The translations under genes and the position numbers were made by a program. DNA of 63,365 bases, the filler included, from Globobulimina sp. (lineage: Eukaryota), in assembly GCA_003354225.1 (NCBI GenBank). It is 34 parts of 34 records of this genome, joined end to end, with 100 filler letters (N's around TTAATTAATTAA, not from the genome) between each part and the next. Parts side by side here need not be neighbours in the genome. Positions count along the whole stretch, not along the records: positions 35,481 to 37,247 come from PIVH01012188.1; positions 37,348 to 39,114 come from PIVH01012189.1; positions 39,215 to 40,980 come from PIVH01012190.1; positions 41,081 to 42,846 come from PIVH01012191.1; positions 42,947 to 44,712 come from PIVH01012192.1; positions 44,813 to 46,578 come from PIVH01012193.1; positions 46,679 to 48,444 come from PIVH01012194.1; positions 48,545 to 50,310 come from PIVH01012195.1; 26 more parts are not named here. One strand, given 5' to 3'. This document shows positions 36,111 to 48,776 of this stretch, piece by piece (position 1 is the stretch's first letter; every line of letters starts with the position of its first letter). Below the pieces are notes generated by a model, which worked only from the letters and a program-made list of their open reading frames with translations, did no database searches and was not told the DNA's origin.

Positions 36111-36899
36111 AGTACTCACATCGACCTTATTTTGGATTTTGTCAAATATAAATTGATACTAAGCATATTATTAAAATAAAGCATTGTGAGTGCATCATAT
36201 TGAAATTATAAATTATTTGGTACGTTGGATAATTGGTGGTAAGCAAAGCAAAAAAATGTTTTTTTGTTTTGGTTATTTCTTTCCATGGTATTTTCACGTT
36301 CATATGGATGATCTGTGGAATATGTATACGTTTAGTTTGTTTGTGATGTAGTGTTTGTGATGTAGTGTCTGTGTGACTTCGATTGAATTTTTTTGAGTTC
36401 TTTTGCACTTTTATTAGATCTCAAACTTATAAGGAGTTATAAGCTTATAATGAGTTCTAAACACAAACAAACAAACAAATTTTATTCAGGCTCATCTTGA
36501 AATTTCGGTGTCGCGGAAATGTCATAACACTTACATGTCCTTCCATATCCCAAACAAGTCATATCCCAAACAAGTGCATTGCCACTTTCTCTCATAATAT
36601 GCCTGGCTTTTGATGCCAGGTCTTTGCGTTGCCGCTTCTGTGTATTGATATTTGATTGCTGCTGACTTTTCGAACTGAACGAATAAGAGCCCTGACTTTT
36701 CAAAAATTCAGTACTACGGAGAGCCCTATTGATACAATGTATAATTTCTTCAACGTTGACTTTCTAACAAACAGTAATTTCTGATGACGCTGCCATGTAG
36801 TTAGTATATGACGTTGTCAGGCCATGTAGTTATGAAATCAGAACATGTTTTTGCAAGCTATTAATAGTCACATGGTGACATGACGACAGGTTTCCTTCA

Positions 36900-37247
36900 A
36901 AAAAAACTAAGAAAGTAAGTATACGCATATTTTGCACGTATAAGACCCCTGAGATCCCCGCGGATATTCTCACAGCCTTCAAAGCCCATTGCGCTTATTA
37001 TAAAAACAAAACATCCAATAAACCATACCATATTATTTGGGGAAACATAATCCACGACAATAGCTGGGCCATCTCCAAAATGCATCACCTTTGCTCAATG
37101 AATAATAAACCGCTACAAATAGTCACCCATCTCAGATACCTTGGCGCCCACCTTTGTTCATACGACACTGCCAATTTAGTTTCAACACTGTGTACAAACG
37201 AAGTATTTCTGAACAAATTGGATCAGAAAGCAAGAATGCTCTCACGC
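36900..37247 (+). mobile_element. Possible 5'-truncated non-LTR RT fragment (thumb region)
   Basis: MNNKPLQIVTHLRYLGAHL resembles MGDQPITKIFDKVRYLGVWI in the LINE at 9341-11108. Confidence 0.4.
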
Positions 37248-37347
37248 NNNNNNNNNNNNNNNNNNNNNNNNNNNNNNNNNNNNNNNNNNNNTTAATTAAT
37301 TAANNNNNNNNNNNNNNNNNNNNNNNNNNNNNNNNNNNNNNNNNNNN

Positions 37348-37667
37348 ATGAGTGAAATAATAATTTCTTTTTGTCTCTCATTTTTAACGTTTTTAATGTA
37401 TCCAATAACGAGGCCTTCATGAATATCATCTGATTGCTTAACAATTATATTTTTGGGTTTCGTTAGTTTTGGAAGTTTTATGCGATTCGTATTTGATTTT
37501 TTCTGTTTTATGAGGTTTCGTGAAGAATACTTTTTTGTTGATAATAACCTATCAATCATGGCGTCTTTCGATCCATTTGCAGTAACTTTTGTTTTTTTGC
37601 ATATTTTAGTGATTTTAGCTTTAGATAATCGCATTAGCTCTCGTTTCGCTGACAATGGACTTTCCAT
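37348..37667 (-). CDS. SAP-like domain protein, 3'-truncated
   Basis: LMRLSKAKITKICKK..V..NGSKDAMIDRLL, followed by GLVIGYIK motif. Confidence 0.55.
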
Positions 37668-37728
37668 TGTTTCTTTTATAATTATCAAACTTGCTCAGGA
37701 TAATGTTTTATTTAGAACACTATATATA

Positions 37729-38436
37729 ATGGCACAACCAAAGGAAGATCTTATTTCATTTCTATTCCCCAAAGATGTTCTTGATATAAATTATTTATTC
37801 GATGATAAAAAAACACATGATAAAGAAGTAAAAATTGGCAAAAACAGAATCAACCAGAAACAATCTGGAATAATAACTAAAACACAGTTAGTAGAATGGA
37901 TACAAAATGGCAAGAAAGAGGCATTTGTAATATTTGATGTAAGGCACACTGAATTGGATTATATTGGTGGTCATATTACAAATTCAATCAATATCCAACA
38001 TGATAAATTCATGGAATATCTGCCAACTGTCATCAAAAAATATAATCATATCAATAATATAATTATACACTGTATGCACAGTGCGACGCGAGGTCCAATA
38101 TGTTGTGAATTTTATTGCATTGCAATCTCACTCCTGCTGAAATTGTCAAAATATAACAAGAACCCTAAAGATTATGATTTATATCGACAATTCTTGCAAC
38201 AACACAATGAATACAATAAAATATTGGATAATTTGGAATTAAATGAAACGGAATATAATAATTTGAACAAACAAAACATATTTGTGCTACAAGGCGGATT
38301 TCAAAGTTTTATCACGAAATATTACCATCACAACCTAAGAGACAATTTCATTAAAGATTTTAACGAAAAATATTGGAAATATAGAGATGCTGGAACCGGA
38401 CATAAATGGTTCCATATACAATATGATTTTTTGTGA
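37729..38436 (+). CDS. Small Cdc25-like rhodanese (Ych1/Ibp1/ACR2 type)
   Basis: IFDVR..DYIGGHI..SINI, active loop HCMHSATRGP (HCx5R), IFVLQGGF. Confidence 0.88.
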   Translation: MAQPKEDLISFLFPKDVLDINYLFDDKKTHDKEVKIGKNRINQKQSGIITKTQLVEWIQNGKKEAFVIFDVRHTELDYIGGHITNSINIQHDKFMEYLPTVIKKYNHINNIIIHCMHSATRGPICCEFYCIAISLLLKLSKYNKNPKDYDLYRQFLQQHNEYNKILDNLELNETEYNNLNKQNIFVLQGGFQSFITKYYHHNLRDNFIKDFNEKYWKYRDAGTGHKWFHIQYDFL

Positions 38437-38682
38437 CACAAAAATAGATAAACGATTAATATTCATTTTATTTCATCACCAACTGTGGTGTTGTTGGATG
38501 ACTGTGGGTCTGTGGCACAGAAAAATATAAATCCTGCGAACTGTTAGTGAAATAACTCAAGTAAAAAACTCTTCTTCTTTTCTTCAAAACACTAAGAAAT
38601 CAATTATCTCAATAATAGTCAATATTATATCTCTAGCAAAAAAATAAAAATACACTGTACAATATGCAACAAAAAATCATTT

Positions 38683-39114
38683 CTATTTATTCACATTATA
38701 TTTACTAGCAACCGCATGAAAAGCATCTACACATTGATCAATTTGTTCATTTGTATGTGCCGCAGATAATTGCACTCTGATCCTTGCTTCACCTCTGGGG
38801 ACCACCGGAAATGAAAAGCCAATCACATAAATACCATAATCTAACATATCTTTTGCAAAATCCTGTGCTAATTTAGCATCACCTAACATAACGGGTGCAA
38901 TTGGATGATTTTCATCACCCATCAAATTAAACCCAACCGCTTTCATTTTTGATCGAAATCGTTTTGTATTGGCCTCCAATCTGTCCCTATACGACGTATC
39001 ATCCATTATTAAATCAAACACCTTAATACATGCAGTCACTAACGACGGTGCTAACGCATTACTAAATAAATATGGTCTTGCTTTTTGTCTTAATGTTGAA
39101 GTTATCTCTTGCGA
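38683..39114 (-). CDS. GCAT: 2-amino-3-ketobutyrate CoA ligase, C-terminal part
   Basis: RQKARPYLFSNAL, HPIAPVMLGDA, GIYVIGFSFPVVPRGEARIRVQLSAAH. Confidence 0.94.
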   Translation of the reverse strand, partial: SQEITSTLRQKARPYLFSNALAPSLVTACIKVFDLIMDDTSYRDRLEANTKRFRSKMKAVGFNLMGDENHPIAPVMLGDAKLAQDFAKDMLDYGIYVIGFSFPVVPRGEARIRVQLSAAHTNEQIDQCVDAFHAVASKYNVNK

Positions 39115-39214
39115 NNNNNNNNNNNNNNNNNNNNNNNNNNNNNNNNNNNNNNNNNNNNTTAATTAATTAANNNNNNNNNNNNNNNNNNNNNNNNNNNNNN
39201 NNNNNNNNNNNNNN

Positions 39215-40980
39215 ATTTTACCATCAGCAGCATATAAGTCGCTTGCACCAGATTTCTTAAGTTTAGCTGACAAAGCAGCCACAATTTATTTTGAATTAGC
39301 TAAACAACAAGAAATATTTCGCCCAAAATTACAAAAATATGATGCATACGGACATGCAATCAATAAAATAATAACCTGCGCCGCCTGGAAGCAACAACAT
39401 GACATTGCAGCCACCGAAGGCGTAGTGGCTTTAGCATATCAGCCAAACAAATTCAGTGCCCACATCTCCCCACAATATTGGCGCATTTATCAGTTTACAA
39501 AATTATTACTTTGGGGGCCGTCTTCCGGATTATACACATGTCCCATTGCGATGACAGATGGTGCTGCCAAGTTATTGTCCGTGATATGTTCAAAGAATCA
39601 GGCTCAATCAGCAACATCCATCCCATCGATATCCATGCATTAACACCAACATATCACCCAACAATATGGATGTTTTACGCAGTGCATATAATAGGTTAAC
39701 ATCGTTTGATAAGCATAGTTTCTGGACCTCTGGGCAGTGGATGACTGAGCGTGGAGGAGGCAGCGACGTATCGCATAATGGCACAAATACCATTGCAAAA
39801 CAGCAAGCATTGCATAGTGATAAATATCGCTTATTTGGGTTGAAATGGTTTAGTTCGGCCACAGATGCAAATGTTGCTATCACTGTGGCGAGGATCGAGG
39901 CCTATGATAAGAATAAAATAATAGCTGGAAACAAAGGTGTTTCTTGCTTTTATATCCCAGACGTGAATGTGAATCGGAATAATAATATCGATGTTATTCA
40001 ATTAAAAGATAAGTTGGGAACACGGCAAGTGCCCACTGCAGAATTACAATTGAATGGAACCAGAGCCATTTTACTCAGCAAACAAGGAAAAGGTATCCAA
40101 ACTATTATGATGTTAGCAAATATCACAAGGATACATAATGCGATCAGCAGTTGTGGTGCTATTAAACGGACATTAGCTTTGATTCGAGGATATGCCAAAG
40201 AACGAATGGTTTATAATCGACAATTAAGCACAATACCATTACACCAGAAGACAATGGCAAATATTGATATATTTTATAGGATGTGCTTATATTTTACCAT
40301 GGAATGTGTTGTTTTATTGGGGAGATCTGAACATATCTACGGCGATGGCAATGGTGAGGATAACCAATTATTACTTCGGTTTTTGACACCTTTATGTAAA
40401 TTATATACAGCTAAATGTGCCGTGTTTTGTGCGTCGGCGGGGATTGAATGTATGGGAGGTATCGGATATTTGGAGACATCGCATATGCCCAGATTTATAG
40501 GGATGCGCAAGTGTTGCCGGTGTGGGAAGGGACTACGAATGTGTTATCATTGGATGCATTGCGGGTTTTAAATCATAAGATGGATGGAAGGAAAACATTG
40601 AATTTATATTACAAACGAGTGCATGGTATAATTAAATTGGATAAGACAAAGAATAAGAAATTAAAACAAGAGTTTGAGGTTTTACAGAGATTTTGGAATA
40701 GGTTTTCGGACAATGGTCGATTGTGTGAATTGTATGCCAGGGATATTTCATATTCATTTTTTAGAGTGTATTGTTGTGCGTTATTGTATGAACAGGCATA
40801 TTACAGTCGAAATACAATTGATATGAATGTTTATGACAGATTTATCCATGGAAATATGCAGTCGTTTGTGATTGGTGACTGTGGAGCTTTGGTATCGCGA
40901 TCATTGATTAATTTGTTAAATGGTAATGTGAATAAAAATCAATATGCAAATCAAATTAAATATTTACAACAATTAGGTAT
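39215..40980 (+). pseudogene. AidB/ACDH-11-like acyl-CoA dehydrogenase with frame disruptions
   Basis: CPIAMTDGAA, WTSGQWMTERGGGSDV, LKDKLGTR, ECMGGIGYLE, YRDAQVLPVWEGTTNVLSLD; frame break at about 39585-39640 (or a 31-nt intron) and a 1-nt deletion near 40491. Confidence 0.85.
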
Positions 40981-41167
40981 NNNNNNNNNNNNNNNNNNNN
41001 NNNNNNNNNNNNNNNNNNNNNNNNTTAATTAATTAANNNNNNNNNNNNNNNNNNNNNNNNNNNNNNNNNNNNNNNNNNNNCCCAACCATTGTCTTACAAA
41101 CTGCTGAGAATTGAGAATGATAAGAAATTAAAGTTTTTTACTCATCCTTAAAAAAAAAGTCTAACTA

Positions 41168-42846
41168 ATGTCAGCCAACGTTAACTACAGCGGCAGTCCA
41201 CGTCCACGCCGCAAGAAGAAAAAGAAAAGCAGCGCCAGTAGCAGACAAAAAAGGCATTCGAAAGTAAAGAGTGCGAGTCGTATCAGTCCTACTGGATCGC
41301 CTACAATGCCAGCAATCCGAGCCATAAATGATATCGATACCAAAAACAATGAGCAATATCACAATCGTAGACGCAGCAAAGACAGTAACCACTCAAGACA
41401 CAAAAAACAGCAATTACAACACAAACGATATGCCACAGCACATGCCTCCGCTGTTGGAAATAACGCACCACATAACAACAACGCATATAACAACAACACA
41501 GCCACCAACCACCACAACAACAATAGAATCGACAATGGAACGGCCACCAACAGCAATATCCATATTCCCAACCGCCCCAAAAAGAAAAAAAAGCATCGCA
41601 ATCGCCCCAAAAATAAAATAAAATCGCGCAACAGGAAAAGCAACGCGCATCGCAAGGCGCGCACTGCCAACGCCTTGCATACGACCGACACCCTCAGCAA
41701 CCAACACATCAAATCCTCGGCCACCTCACCCAACGCGCTCTCCGTCGCCAGCTCCAGCCACAAAGCGGCGACAAACACCAAATCCCGCAGTAAACGCACC
41801 TCCTCCAACCCGCGTGCCTTCCGCCACAAGTTCGAAGTGTCAGAGATGCAGTTAGTTGTCAGTCAGATCGCAGACATGAAGAAGTCGTGGAAAACGCCCG
41901 CCGAAGATGTGATGGACAAAATCTATGAGATCATCCGCATGGAGGAGCGGCCGCATTTGAACGGCAAGCATTGCAAAGTGATGCTCATCTTAGACGACGA
42001 CAATTACCGCGTGGCGCTGTTGGGCAATGCGTCGGAGCACGTGGTGGCGCGCGAAAACCTCAAAGTGGCCTTCGAGACGGAGAATTTGTACCTTTTATGG
42101 GAGAGCCAGTGCAAGAAACCGAAGAAGCGCAGCACTTACGGACAGGGCTTGGACGGGCACGACTTTGCCAAGAACAGTCAGCCGCAGCCGCCGCAGCAGG
42201 ACGTGGACGATATGTACACCATACAGCAGTTCGAGCACTCTTTCAACGACACGTACGAGTTTCGGCGCTATGACTTCTATTGCATGGCTTGCTGCATATT
42301 CCTAGGGGTTATATTGGCGGGTCTCGGTGTTTTCTTATATTTGAATAACGAGAAAGGCCAAGACTTGCATGCCATGGGCGCCTTCATCGGCATATTTGGC
42401 CCGATGTTGGCCATTATGACCGGGGTTTATATCGGCTGTATATGGTATTGCTGCGCTGTGGGCAAAGGCAAAATGGATTATTATTTGGGCAAGAATCGCT
42501 TTTTTGGATTCCAGTGCAAGATTTGCGATGTATGCCAGTATCAGTACTTTATCGTTGTGGCGCTGATGGGGGTCGTTATCATCGCGATTAGCGTGGCGGC
42601 GTATTTCTACTTTGATCGGTTTGTGGCTACGGACGATGCGCGCACTGATACGCAGAATACAAACCCGCTGAATACGAATGAGAATGGCGAGATTGCGGTG
42701 AATGAACAGAAGTTGTTCCTGGCGATTGAGATAATTGCTGGTGTTGCCGGCATTTCGTTGTGTTTTTCCGGGGTTATTGTGTATTATTGCTGTGTGAATA
42801 GGAAAGTTGATGTAAGGAAAGGACCGTCTTGGTGCTCCTCGATGAA
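41168..42846 (+). CDS. Membrane protein: basic low-complexity N-terminus, small SH3-like motif, four TM helices (3'-truncated)
   Basis: K/R/N/H-rich start; PHLNGKHCKV...YRVAL...ENL; four hydrophobic segments with juxtamembrane Cys. Confidence 0.7.
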
Positions 42847-42946
42847 NNNNNNNNNNNNNNNNNNNNNNNNNNNNNNNNNNNNNNNNNNNNTTAATTAATT
42901 AANNNNNNNNNNNNNNNNNNNNNNNNNNNNNNNNNNNNNNNNNNNN

Positions 42947-43366
42947 TATATATTTATAATCAAAATAATAGTCTTTGCGGTCAATTACTTCTATTTCTGA
43001 TTTATTGGTAGCAAATGTCTCAATTAATGCAATTAAATCTTTTGCTAAATCATTGTCAGCAGAACTTTTACTATGAAAATAAAAATCAATATACATTCGA
43101 CATATTATTTTAATATACATGTTCTTTTTGAATTCTTTATCTATGTCAATTGCAACTGGGATATCTTTGTATGCATCAATACAAACACCAATTGCAATCA
43201 AAGCACCTTCATTGATTACGACATTGTTGAACAATATTATTGTACTCAATCCTATCTGTTGAATCTTTTTGTCCTGTATCCTAAAGATAAGTGGTACCTG
43301 ATTCATGAATGTTCACTCTTGACATGGTGATGTTTCCTTAACTTGGTGGTCAGCTTCGAGAGCCAT
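42947..43366 (-). pseudogene. Hypothetical gene with early in-frame TGA (43313-43315)
   Basis: ATG 43366 reads MALEADHQVKETSPCQE*TFMNQVPL... in frame with ORF 43306. Confidence 0.35.
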
Positions 43367-43429
43367 GATTTGTTTTCTCAGCTCAAGTGTAAATTAACAT
43401 CTAGGTATTCTCGCACTAACTCTGTCGTC

Positions 43430-43520
43430 AGGTTAGAATAGATTAGGATAGGAAAGATTAGGATAAAATAGGTCAGGATAGAATAGGACAGGTTATGACT
43501 TAGGATAGATTACGATAAAA
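43430..43520. repeat. Degenerate pentamer microsatellite (TAGGA/TAGAA/TAGAT)
   Basis: aggttagaatagattaggataggaaagattaggataaaataggtcaggatag... Confidence 0.7.
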
Positions 43521-43555
43521 CTGTTCTGAAACAAATAAATTTTGTTCATTCTGTG

Positions 43556-44548
43556 CTATGTATCATAATTATTAATAGTATATTGATTGTATAATGATTG
43601 GAAAAGGTCAAATCCAACCAGTGTCCCAGCACCAGCAAACCCTCTAAACACGTTTATTGCACAGCCTTTATAAAAGGACCCAACTCCTTCATTGCTGAGA
43701 ATATACTTAATACAATCAATATTTCCGTTATATTTCAAGTGTCCGATACTTGTCATCATCATTCTTCTCCTGATTGTATCCATTGGATAGACTATGATCG
43801 AGGAAGTGGCCGATATCATAAATCCAACAATGAAGCGATTCGAATAAGAGTTATCCATAATATTCGGATATATTATTTTCATGGAATCATATAATCCAAA
43901 ATATAATCCTCGATACACAACAGTGGTAACACAAGTTATTGCAAATCCGCGATATAAACCAATAAATCCGTCTGCTTTTAATGTTTGTCGATACACATCA
44001 ATAATTCCCGTAAATTGACGATTGGTTTGCTTAAATAATATATCATTTGCTAGTCGCGTTCTTGTATAATCCAATGAGTATAAAACTGTTCCTGAGCATA
44101 ATCCAGCCATTCCGCCAATGATTATATTGGTAAGCAACACATTTGTGAGCCCTTTATTTGTATTATCTATCAGAGAATATTCATGAAATTTATATTTTAT
44201 TTCCTCTTTCAATGTGAAATTTATGGCTTGATAATTAAAATAACGAATGCAATTTGTTAGGTTGCCTCTCCAAAATGATTTTATTCCTTCATTAACGAAC
44301 ACTTGTTTTATACAATCTGTTGCTGATCCATATGGCCGAGACAATCGATTGGATTTTATTAATTCATTTTGGTTTTGAATCAATAGTTTTACTCTTTCAA
44401 TTGGTGCTGATGTTGTTTTCGATATAACCGCTGCAGTACCGCTCAATAAAAAATTAGCTATGTTTGAAATTGGTTGTTTGTCAATATTTGGTGCATATTG
44501 GGTAATATTTACGGGTGATTCATCCATTTTGTCTGATAGTGATGGCAT
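43556..44548 (-). CDS. Mitochondrial ADP/ATP carrier (divergent paralog)
   Basis: APIERVKLLIQNQ, FWRGNLTNCIRYF, YSLDYTRTRLAND, RRRMMM signature. Confidence 0.95.
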   Translation of the reverse strand: MPSLSDKMDESPVNITQYAPNIDKQPISNIANFLLSGTAAVISKTTSAPIERVKLLIQNQNELIKSNRLSRPYGSATDCIKQVFVNEGIKSFWRGNLTNCIRYFNYQAINFTLKEEIKYKFHEYSLIDNTNKGLTNVLLTNIIIGGMAGLCSGTVLYSLDYTRTRLANDILFKQTNRQFTGIIDVYRQTLKADGFIGLYRGFAITCVTTVVYRGLYFGLYDSMKIIYPNIMDNSYSNRFIVGFMISATSSIIVYPMDTIRRRMMMTSIGHLKYNGNIDCIKYILSNEGVGSFYKGCAINVFRGFAGAGTLVGFDLFQSLYNQYTINNYDT

Positions 44549-44812
44549 GGACGATGACAACTGAACTGTAGCTTATTTATTTTACGCACAATGGCAACTA
44601 CACAGTTCATTCATTGAATTTATTTGCCGTTTGTTGTATTTTTGATGGAGTTTGCTTTAAAGTCTTATGGAAGAACCGAAGAAGAAAAGAAGGCGGATCA
44701 AGCATTAGAACANNNNNNNNNNNNNNNNNNNNNNNNNNNNNNNNNNNNNNNNNNNNTTAATTAATTAANNNNNNNNNNNNNNNNNNNNNNNNNNNNNNNN
44801 NNNNNNNNNNNN

Positions 44813-45678
44813 TTAGATGCTGATAATCGCCAAGAAATTGGTACAGATTTATATTCAAAAACAGTATGAAATATTTTCGCAGTTTGATAATATTGAGATC
44901 GATGATGGTTTGAACAAATATTATGAAAACATTTGGAAAACTCTTGCGAAAATACATTACAATTATGCCCACAGTACAGTTTAATCACTAATATCTCCTC
45001 AATGCTAAACTTATATTTATTAACATTCATTGGATGCTTTACTAATTTATTAGCATCGTTAACAATATTTTCATATAAATCTGTAGGAATTGGACATATA
45101 TCATTTGTTAATAGTTCACTTTTTAATGTTTTATGTGTTGGAGTTACTTTCCAATTTACGGAGGAAACAACAAAATGTAGCATATTTATGTCATCATTAT
45201 CTGTATCTATATCATGATCATACATATCATGTTTATTTTGATTAACATCTGTTAACCGTCTGGGTGGATGGGGCAACTTTTGTGAATTGGAATGACGTTT
45301 GGAATTATTATTAATTTGAGACATTCTGGCCATCGATTGTTGTTTCATGTGCTTTATATATCTTTTTACATTGTCATATGTTGTTGGATTGGTGTGTAAT
45401 AAATATTGCATATCATTCTGTAATTCATCATTATTATCGATATCATTATTAATCATTTCAATTAATTGTGATTTGGAATGAGACATTAAATCGCCATTCG
45501 AATTCATATCATTGCGTGTAGTTTTTGTTTCTGTTTCTGTTTCTGTTGTTATTATACTATTATTAATCTCATTTATCGCTTGCTCATAGCTTGCAATTCC
45601 ATCCAGCATAGACTTACAAAAAATATGTTTCTGTTTTTTTAATGATTGGATATATTCTTGTTGTTCCAAACGGTCCAT
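44813..45678 (-). CDS. Lineage-expanded family protein, 3'-truncated
   Basis: HKTLKSELLTNDICPI and ILVIKLYC...FSQEFSKCF parallel motifs at 15540-16010. Confidence 0.6.
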
Positions 45679-45717
45679 GATAAGTAAGTAAGTAGCTCTG
45701 CGTTTTTGATAGTTCGG

Positions 45718-46449
45718 ATGCAGTCGTTTTGCTTTTGTTTTGGGGATGAAGAAAAGCCAACAAACATAGATACAGAGCCGCAGTTGGTTGAAGCTATGGG
45801 TACTAATGATATCGATGAAGATGAGAAGATGGTTGAGAAAGAACCAAGTTTAATCGTTCAAAATCCAATATCAATATTTGAGATGACTGATGAAGAGAAA
45901 GCAGCAGAATTGGATGGGGATACCAGAGTACCACATATGGAGCATCCAACAAATTCTGCATCTCAACACAGTAATTTATATTGGGGCGAAATGCAAAAAT
46001 TACCAGATATACAGCAAGAGATATTGGACAATAATGAATTAAAAGAATTATCAATGCAATTATTGACCGGAAATGGAGGGGAATTTACAAGTTTTGTAGA
46101 CAAATATTTCAATGAGAAAGTATTGAATAAAATGTGGACCAAATTGGATAATGATAATAATGGATATATTGAAACAACACAAGATATTTCTGATGCTATT
46201 GCCTTTATGTCGATGCTTTTCAAACTAAAAATGCATCAAAAAAACACTAAATCAAAAGAGTAACCGAAATTTAATAAAGAAGTATTAGTAAATGAAGTAA
46301 GACATGTTTCCACGTGGATTGTCAGAAAACATGGTACAAAAAATATAAATACAATCGATAAACTCTATATATTCAAAATTACAAAGGAGACACTTCGAAA
46401 TAATTTAAAAAAATGGTTAGATGAATATACTGAATACAATGGTTTTTGA
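45718..46449 (+). pseudogene. EF-hand protein with premature TAA (46261-46263)
   Basis: MQSFCFCF start, DNDNNGYIE EF-hand loop; the frame stays open for 61 coding-like codons past the TAA, to TGA 46447-46449. Confidence 0.6.
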
Positions 46450-46678
46450 ATTATAATTTTTATTATATAATTATGGTTTTGTTCGCTTTCTTTTTGTTGA
46501 GTAAAATTGAATGCTAAAGGTTTTTTTGTAATGTTGAGTGCTAAAGGTCCGATTCCAGACACTCCATGCGCGTCCATGNNNNNNNNNNNNNNNNNNNNNN
46601 NNNNNNNNNNNNNNNNNNNNNNTTAATTAATTAANNNNNNNNNNNNNNNNNNNNNNNNNNNNNNNNNNNNNNNNNNNN

Positions 46679-47435
46679 TTTTACAGGAACAAACCCATAG
46701 AAACAATGCGATACACATCGCACATAAACCAATACCAATCAAAATTAATACTTCATCAGTTAAATTGTCAAATATTACGGCTGCCCCTTCTGTATTTCTT
46801 ATATTTGTGCTTTGTGGCATTGTCGTCAATACAGTGGACTCAAAAAATATTTCGTCGCAGGCAGCTGCTAAGCCTTTGCATGAACAGTTTGTATCATAGC
46901 CATTATCCAAACATATATTATCTTCATAACATCCATCTGATTCCAGGCCGCATTTGTATCCGCAAAACATATTCGTATTCGTTTCAATGGAATAATTACA
47001 ATTAACTAATGAAAATTGTATGGCTGAGTCTGAGTGAGTCGTGTATAGGAAACATTGTTTTAATGTATTTTGCAATGAACGCCGACCGCATAATAAAGTA
47101 ATATTTACGCACGAATCATCATTTAAACAAGCAACGGTACAATTTTCTACACCAAAATTATTACAATTTATTGTGATATCATGACATGCGGCTTCTGCGA
47201 GACATTCCATTGATAATGAACTTAAATTATTTATAAAGTCATATTCTTGTTTTTGTTGCAAAAAGGCATTTGATATAATATCTAAATCACTGCATGAATT
47301 GTTATGTTTACATGAAATTAAACATGAGTTTGTCACATTGGTGCATGTAATATCAGGAACGTCAAGTGATTGACCATATATTAATGACATACAATATAAG
47401 GATAACAACAACGACGTGGCACAAAACGAAATCAT
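46679..47435 (-). CDS. Cys-rich type I membrane protein, 3'-truncated
   Basis: Signal peptide, repeated C-x4/5-C...I.C units, TM ILIGIGLCAMCIALFLWV. Confidence 0.75.
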
Positions 47436-47973
47436 TGTTCAAAATCAGACCGAAGATGACAAAGATAATCTAAGATTTATTTTAATTTTTTGGTCTTCAA
47501 TTTTGAGTGCTCATAAAACATCTTTAAAACAGTGGTTTATTTGAGTTATTATATTGTCACAACCACATTTGAATTGCTCTTTGTTTTTCATTTTGATCAG
47601 ACGGCGCACAAATTAAATCACCAAATTGAAATGGACCAACTCCTCTCAAATTTTGAGATTTAGCATATTGATATTGATATGACAATGGATCATCAAACCA
47701 ATATTGCAACAAATTTATACATTGTCATGACCATCCACATTCACAAAATGCGTTTTCATCTGTTCTTTATCTTACACCAAAAAAAGTGTATATATTTAAC
47801 AAAACACAAAAAAAAACAAATATACAGAATATTAATTTCATTCGGAAAACTCATTTCAAACAAAAAAAAGATAAAAATCCTAAACGGCAAAAAACAACAA
47901 ACAAACAAATATTTATTATATTTTACAAAACGAGAGTGAGAGAATAATAATAAATTAAAATGTGAGATAATAA

Positions 47974-48444
47974 CTATTTTGTTTTACAAATTATTAATTC
48001 ATATTTTGTTAACTCCACAGAAAAATTACTATCAACAAATTTACAACGCATTTCATCTGAAAATATACCAAATAGCCATTCATTATATTCATCTTTAATG
48101 ATTATTCGATGAAATGTTTTTGGTAATATTGCTGAATCAATAATTGATAATAAATTATAAATATTAAATGTATAATTCCAACGTGAAATAATTATTATTT
48201 CATTCATATTTGGAAATAATTCGAATAATAATGGTTTAAATAGATTAATATTATTATCACCAATATGTGAAACACGTTGTTCTTTCAATGAATGCATTAC
48301 CAATGATTTAAATTTTTTATTTTTAATATATATATACATTTGTTCTAAATTTAAAACAATTTGTGCTTTCTTGATTGCATATAAATAAAATGTATCATTA
48401 ATATATTTATCAAAATCATTCTTACTTTTTTCTAAATAATTATT
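47974..48444 (-). CDS. C-terminal part of a hypothetical protein, possibly the same expanded family
   Basis: Open frame containing NLFKPLLFELFPNMNEIII...FNIYNLLSII; family link is from recollection only. Confidence 0.45.
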   Translation of the reverse strand, partial: NNYLEKSKNDFDKYINDTFYLYAIKKAQIVLNLEQMYIYIKNKKFKSLVMHSLKEQRVSHIGDNNINLFKPLLFELFPNMNEIIIISRWNYTFNIYNLLSIIDSAILPKTFHRIIIKDEYNEWLFGIFSDEMRCKFVDSNFSVELTKYELIICKTK

Positions 48445-48776
48445 NNNNNNNNNNNNNNNNNNNNNNNNNNNNNNNNNNNNNNNNNNNNTTAATTAATTAA
48501 NNNNNNNNNNNNNNNNNNNNNNNNNNNNNNNNNNNNNNNNNNNNGAATATTGTGAATGGAAAATTGAATGAAATCAAAAATACACAAATAAAAATGATTA
48601 AAATGGAAAATCAAAAAGAAAATAATGGCATCAATTGATAAATGTGTACATAAAAACTAGGATATTATTATAAAACATCCAAATCCAAACAATCAATAAA
48701 AATGTAATAATAATAATAATTATATGCCAACCAATTGATAATCAAATAAAACAATGGAAAGCAAAAGATATAATAT

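Noticed and set aside
38683-39114. GCAT/kbl as a bacterial contaminant or HGT
   Set aside because: The family is normal in eukaryotic mitochondria, and it shares a contig and composition with eukaryotic genes.
41171-42305. Multiple overlapping antisense and alternate-frame ORFs (also at 21133, 21807, 29214, 31768 and elsewhere)
   Set aside because: They are shadows of GC-richer or low-complexity coding regions and have no independent motifs.
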